Source: Mytilus californianus
Taxonomy: Eukaryota
Length of the DNA stretch: 64,000 bases
Assembly: GCF_021869535.1 (NCBI RefSeq)
Contig: NW_026262712.1
Coordinates: forward strand, 49,662,001-49,726,000
Reading direction: 5' to 3'
Of the stretch, positions 59,794-64,000 are shown one piece after another. Under the pieces are notes generated by a model. That model was not told the DNA's origin. It was given only the letters and a program-made list of their open reading frames with translations, and searched no databases. Each line of letters begins with the position of its first letter. Within the stretch, counting starts at the first letter, position 1. Both the position numbers and the translations under genes were made by a program.

Positions 59794-62700
59794 TTGTGAA
59801 CTTTATTGTTTTATCCAATCAAAATGCTCCAAGCCAAACAGGAACTGTCTCAGGGGAGCGAACTGTGGTTGTTTTTACAAATGGTTGTTGATTGTTATTA
59901 ATTTGTACAGTTAATATGTACAGATAATCTGTGAATAGATTATTAAACTTTGTATATATGTACAAAAAAAAATCAGCATTTTCTCAATTTTTGCTTGTTC
60001 ATTTTTATCAGCTTAGTGCTAAAAATGCTAAGTTTTATTAATGATAACTTTTAAATGTTTGTAAATCTTTTAATGCTTTGGTGACTGAAGTATCAACTTT
60101 ATTAATCTGAGATTTATATTTTAAATGATTTAAGCTGTTATATTTTGATCAGTTCTGACCTTTTTAAGGATTGATTTTAAGTGGATATGATTTATGTAAA
60201 TGGTTGTCATTCTTATCAGATCTGTTAGCTTCATTAAATAACATCATATACTGTCAGTTACCACTGACTTATGTCAAAATCCTTAGTTATGTGACTTTAA
60301 TATTAATGTGTTTGTCTGATACTAAGCCTGCATTTCACAACAAAATCTTACGATTAAAATTTATCTTTTGTCATGAATAATTCAGTATACACAATTTTCT
60401 TTTGTGACATGCAGTCCAGGTCTTAAATTTTTAGAAAGAGATCTTTTGAGAGGATAATTGTTATGGCTATTTGCTATTTAATTTTATTTGGTCTAAAATG
60501 AAACAATTTTATTGTTATGTATACACCTTTTCTAAAGAATAATTTTCAGTTGTAAATTTTAATCCTTTTATCATCATGGTTGTCATGAAATGACCCTTTT
60601 TTATCATGTTTGTCAATAATCACATTTTTTTTAATTAAATCATGCCCAAATTAAGATTCAGTCATTTTACTTCATCTCATTTGCATGTGGACAAAATGTT
60701 ACTATTTTTATATGTCAAAGTCCGTCCCATACATGTACTGTAATGAGACACATTTTGAAGTTTTCTACTTAAAACTTGGATGATTAGTTTTATCGTAGAG
60801 GACAACTAGAAAATTAGGAAATTAGACATTGAAAAAAATTTGATGACATTCTGAGTATATGAACAAATTAAAGAAAGTGTGCATTACTTTTTGTAGGCAA
60901 ATTGAAACAGACATGCATAGAAGTGCAGTAAATGATTAATATTATTCAACTTTATAATATTTTGACTGTAACTGTTTATTGTTTAAAGGGATTGCATTGA
61001 AGGATGTTTGCTACTCTGTTTCAAAATTACAAGCTTTTTAAAAGACTGTTTTAATTTGATAGTTTAACATAATAATGGAACTATTAAAGTAGAAAAAAAA
61101 AATGTGAGGTCTGTGTTTCTTGTTTTTGAGATATAAGCCATTGAAAATTTGGCAGGAAATGATTCTCTCTAGATCTTTCATACATTCAACACTGGCAACT
61201 TTTTTTCTTTCAAAATCTATGAAAAAAGACAAGGATTTTTTAAGATTTTTGAAAATGGCTTTTTTAATTATATGAAATAAAATTTTGTTAAAGAAAACTA
61301 GGGGTTAGCAGGCAAAATTGTTAATGGCACCACATGATATAACCAGAGGATTGCGAAAAATCTGACAAAAAGTCAAAAACAAGAGAAGCAAACATCCTTG
61401 AGCCACAGAAATGTGTACATGTATAAGTATTGCATAATTTGTAAGATTTGCTTTATGGCTGTGACTATTAAATGGTTGTATATGAGGATTTTGAAAGTGT
61501 TTTTTTTTCATATTTGTTTTTTTTGTCATGTATAATACTGCAGCACTAACATGAACAAAATAATCCATAAAACAATAATGAGAAGAGAATTAATAATGAT
61601 AGGATAAGAGGTGAATGAAATTTTTTGGAATGACCTACAAAATAGTTGTTACGGTAAATACAGTTAAAAAATTCTATCACGTCCAACTTGTTAAAACAGA
61701 TTATTTGTTCAATGATAGGAGATTCATACTTTAAAGTTCCAGGGAGTGCATATTTTGAAAATAGAAAATCATTGCCAAAATATGAAAAAAAAAATTAATT
61801 TTGGATGTTCATTATTACATATTTTGTCCAAAATTCAGAACAGTACACTACATGGCACGCTTGTATTTCATCCAGTTCAGCTGCCAAAACAACATTCACT
61901 TGTTCCTTCTTGCCAAAGAAAGTTAGAACTCGCACTTGCACTTACTGTTTTACAATACAAAATGTATTAATATATAAAAAAAATGATAAGATTATTTGAA
62001 TTCAGTGTAAACTGCCCATAAAATTGGAAGTAATTCTTATTTTTTTAATTTATTTATTTTTATTCTGCATAAAAGCTAATACTATTATATTCATTAAGTA
62101 ATTATATAAGATATTTTTTTATGGCAAAGCACAATATTGAACAGAAAAATCACTTTTATCTTCTTTTTTTGTTCCATGCTGCGACCACTAACTGTACATT
62201 TATATGATTTTATTGCAGTCAATATGACTGAAAAAAATAAAAAAGAGTTTACTGGATTAACTTCAACCACATATAGGTAGATTAAGTACACCTAGCTTTC
62301 ATTTGTTGAATGACTTTAGCAAGCCTCAGTCTCACTATGTAGAAACATAATGGCCACTTATGCCTCTCGGGCTATGTTTTGAAAGTAATACATATTGATG
62401 AATTTATACAACGACTATCCTTTGATATTATGTAAAGAAATTCAAACTTGGATGTTTATTTTTCCCATCCAACAGTTGGAATTAATTACTTTTCTATAAG
62501 TACACATTTTTGTAAAGTATAATTGAAATACCATTTTTTTATTTGATAATTTTAACATTGAACATTTATAAGATCATGAAATCTTTGAATACATAAAAAA
62601 TACCTCTTTGATGTGATGTGCCTTTTTGTGTTTGTGTTTTTTTTGTTTTTTTTGCTGAGGTTGACATCGAAAAATTATTATAACAATTATAAATGTTTCA

Positions 62701-63690
62701 CTTGTGCAGTTTTCATTTACATCCAAACATTTTTAAGATGGGGCAGTGTAGTGTAAGCAATTTATATATCATATTTTACCAAAACTTCTATGGTCATACC
62801 AAATTATTTGTTGTTCATTGGAAATGTTTGCCTTTAAAATTTCTTGAATAAAATTTAAAAATTATATTCTACTTAAGTACTTTCATTTCCTCGTTAAATA
62901 AAAAGAAAATTCTCCTTTTTCATTAAAATGGAATTTCTAACATAATAGTTCTGGGTTGTATCTCTATAGAATTGATATAAATCTTTTCCTCAGAATATTT
63001 TGTACTACTCATCATTGTTAATTCAGAAAACAAATTTAGAGTAAAGTATTGCACGATCCAGTCAAATGCAAATTGATTTAGAGAGGTCTAATTTGAGTTA
63101 AAGAGAAATGTATACGTGTCTTCCTGTCTATTACAATATAATATCAGATATACCCTGTTTAATCAAAATATTCCTGATAACTAAATCTGGCTCATTACCT
63201 TTTTAATTATGAAACCTTTATTTTTTTGTTCCATAATTTTTTTTTATAACATAATGAACCTTTTTACCAAACCTCAGATTCTTTCATTAAAAATGTTTTT
63301 GACATATCTTTACAAATATTAAAAGTAACAAGATATAAGTAATATGAAAGTTCAGTATACTTACGCCTTTAATTATTTTTAAAATATGGTATTATATTTG
63401 GTGACCAGAAGATTATTTTAGCTGAAAAAAACTCTTATTCAGTTTTTAAGTGTGTATTTTTTTTTATCTCATAAGTGATCTCTTATGAAAATTATAATGT
63501 TAAGATAAAAAAACAACATTTTACATAAGATCATGCCTATTTGTACTGTTACATGCATTTTCATTTCTCCATACAACATTTTATAGAAAGGTGCAATGCC
63601 AGTACATTTATATTTTAGAAATGTATAAAAATAAATCATGTATATTTTAATGTGTTGTTTTAGTTTTATATATGAATAAAAGGAGATTTA
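59794..63690 (+). other. Probable long 3' UTR / downstream region of liprin-beta
   Basis: Follows the stop codon; very AT/U-rich; no recognisable interspersed repeat for about 3.9 kb; several AATAAA hexamers (e.g. 63675-63680). The true end cannot be fixed from sequence. Confidence 0.35.
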
Positions 63691-64000
63691 TGGTATAAAT
63701 CAATGAGGCAGTAACTTGACCAATACATTAAAACTGAGAAAGGACATTTTGAGGTCATTATACAGTGTCCAACAAGAGACAAGTAAATGAAAAACATTTA
63801 AACAGAGGGGGAAGATACCAAAGTGATATTCAAACTCTTAAGTCAGGGACATGCTAACAATGCCATGGGAATAAAACCCCCCAAAAACGACCAAAAGACA
63901 TACAACTGTATAAAAAAACACATAGAATTAGAAACATGAACCCCACCAAAAACTGGGGGTGATCTCAGGTGCTCCGAATTGTATAACAACTGACATAGTT
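63690..64000 (+). mobile_element. Degenerate mussel-type interspersed repeat(s) at the window end
   Basis: gaaccccaccaaaaactgggggtgatctcaggtgctccg is a motif I recall from Mytilus repeats; no second full copy in the window. Confidence 0.45.

Noticed and set aside
61746-61999. Two short ORFs and a less AT-rich patch downstream of the gene
   Set aside because: No recognisable domain or splice pattern on either strand; more likely UTR sequence.

Overview
AT-rich eukaryotic genomic DNA, most likely a bivalve; the interspersed repeats look Mytilus-like from memory. The window holds one protein-coding gene on the + strand: liprin-beta (PPFIBP1/2 family; coiled-coil, low-complexity linker, three SAM domains, C-terminal ...SNV). 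I rebuilt it by hand as 20 phase-compatible GT-AG coding exons from 23016 to 59793 (2196 nt, 731 aa + stop). The canonical N-terminal exons are absent, so the 23016 exon looks like an alternative first exon. Almost all ORFs in the six-frame track are repeat or intron noise. The rest is non-autonomous mobile DNA: about 16 Helentron-associated (HINE/DINE-1-like) elements with 160-192 bp internal tandem repeats, tRNA-derived SINEs, MULE-, hAT- and Kolobok-like TIR elements, palindromes, a foldback and a 25-bp minisatellite. Best leads: a 75-bp tandem duplication giving two in-frame splice acceptors in SAM2; candidate 33-nt and 14-nt microexons; a read-through truncated isoform; copy-specific matching of HINE 5' and 3' sub-terminal repeats; and a roughly 15:1 sense-orientation bias of the HINEs. 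I found no prokaryote-type system, CRISPR array or autonomous transposase.
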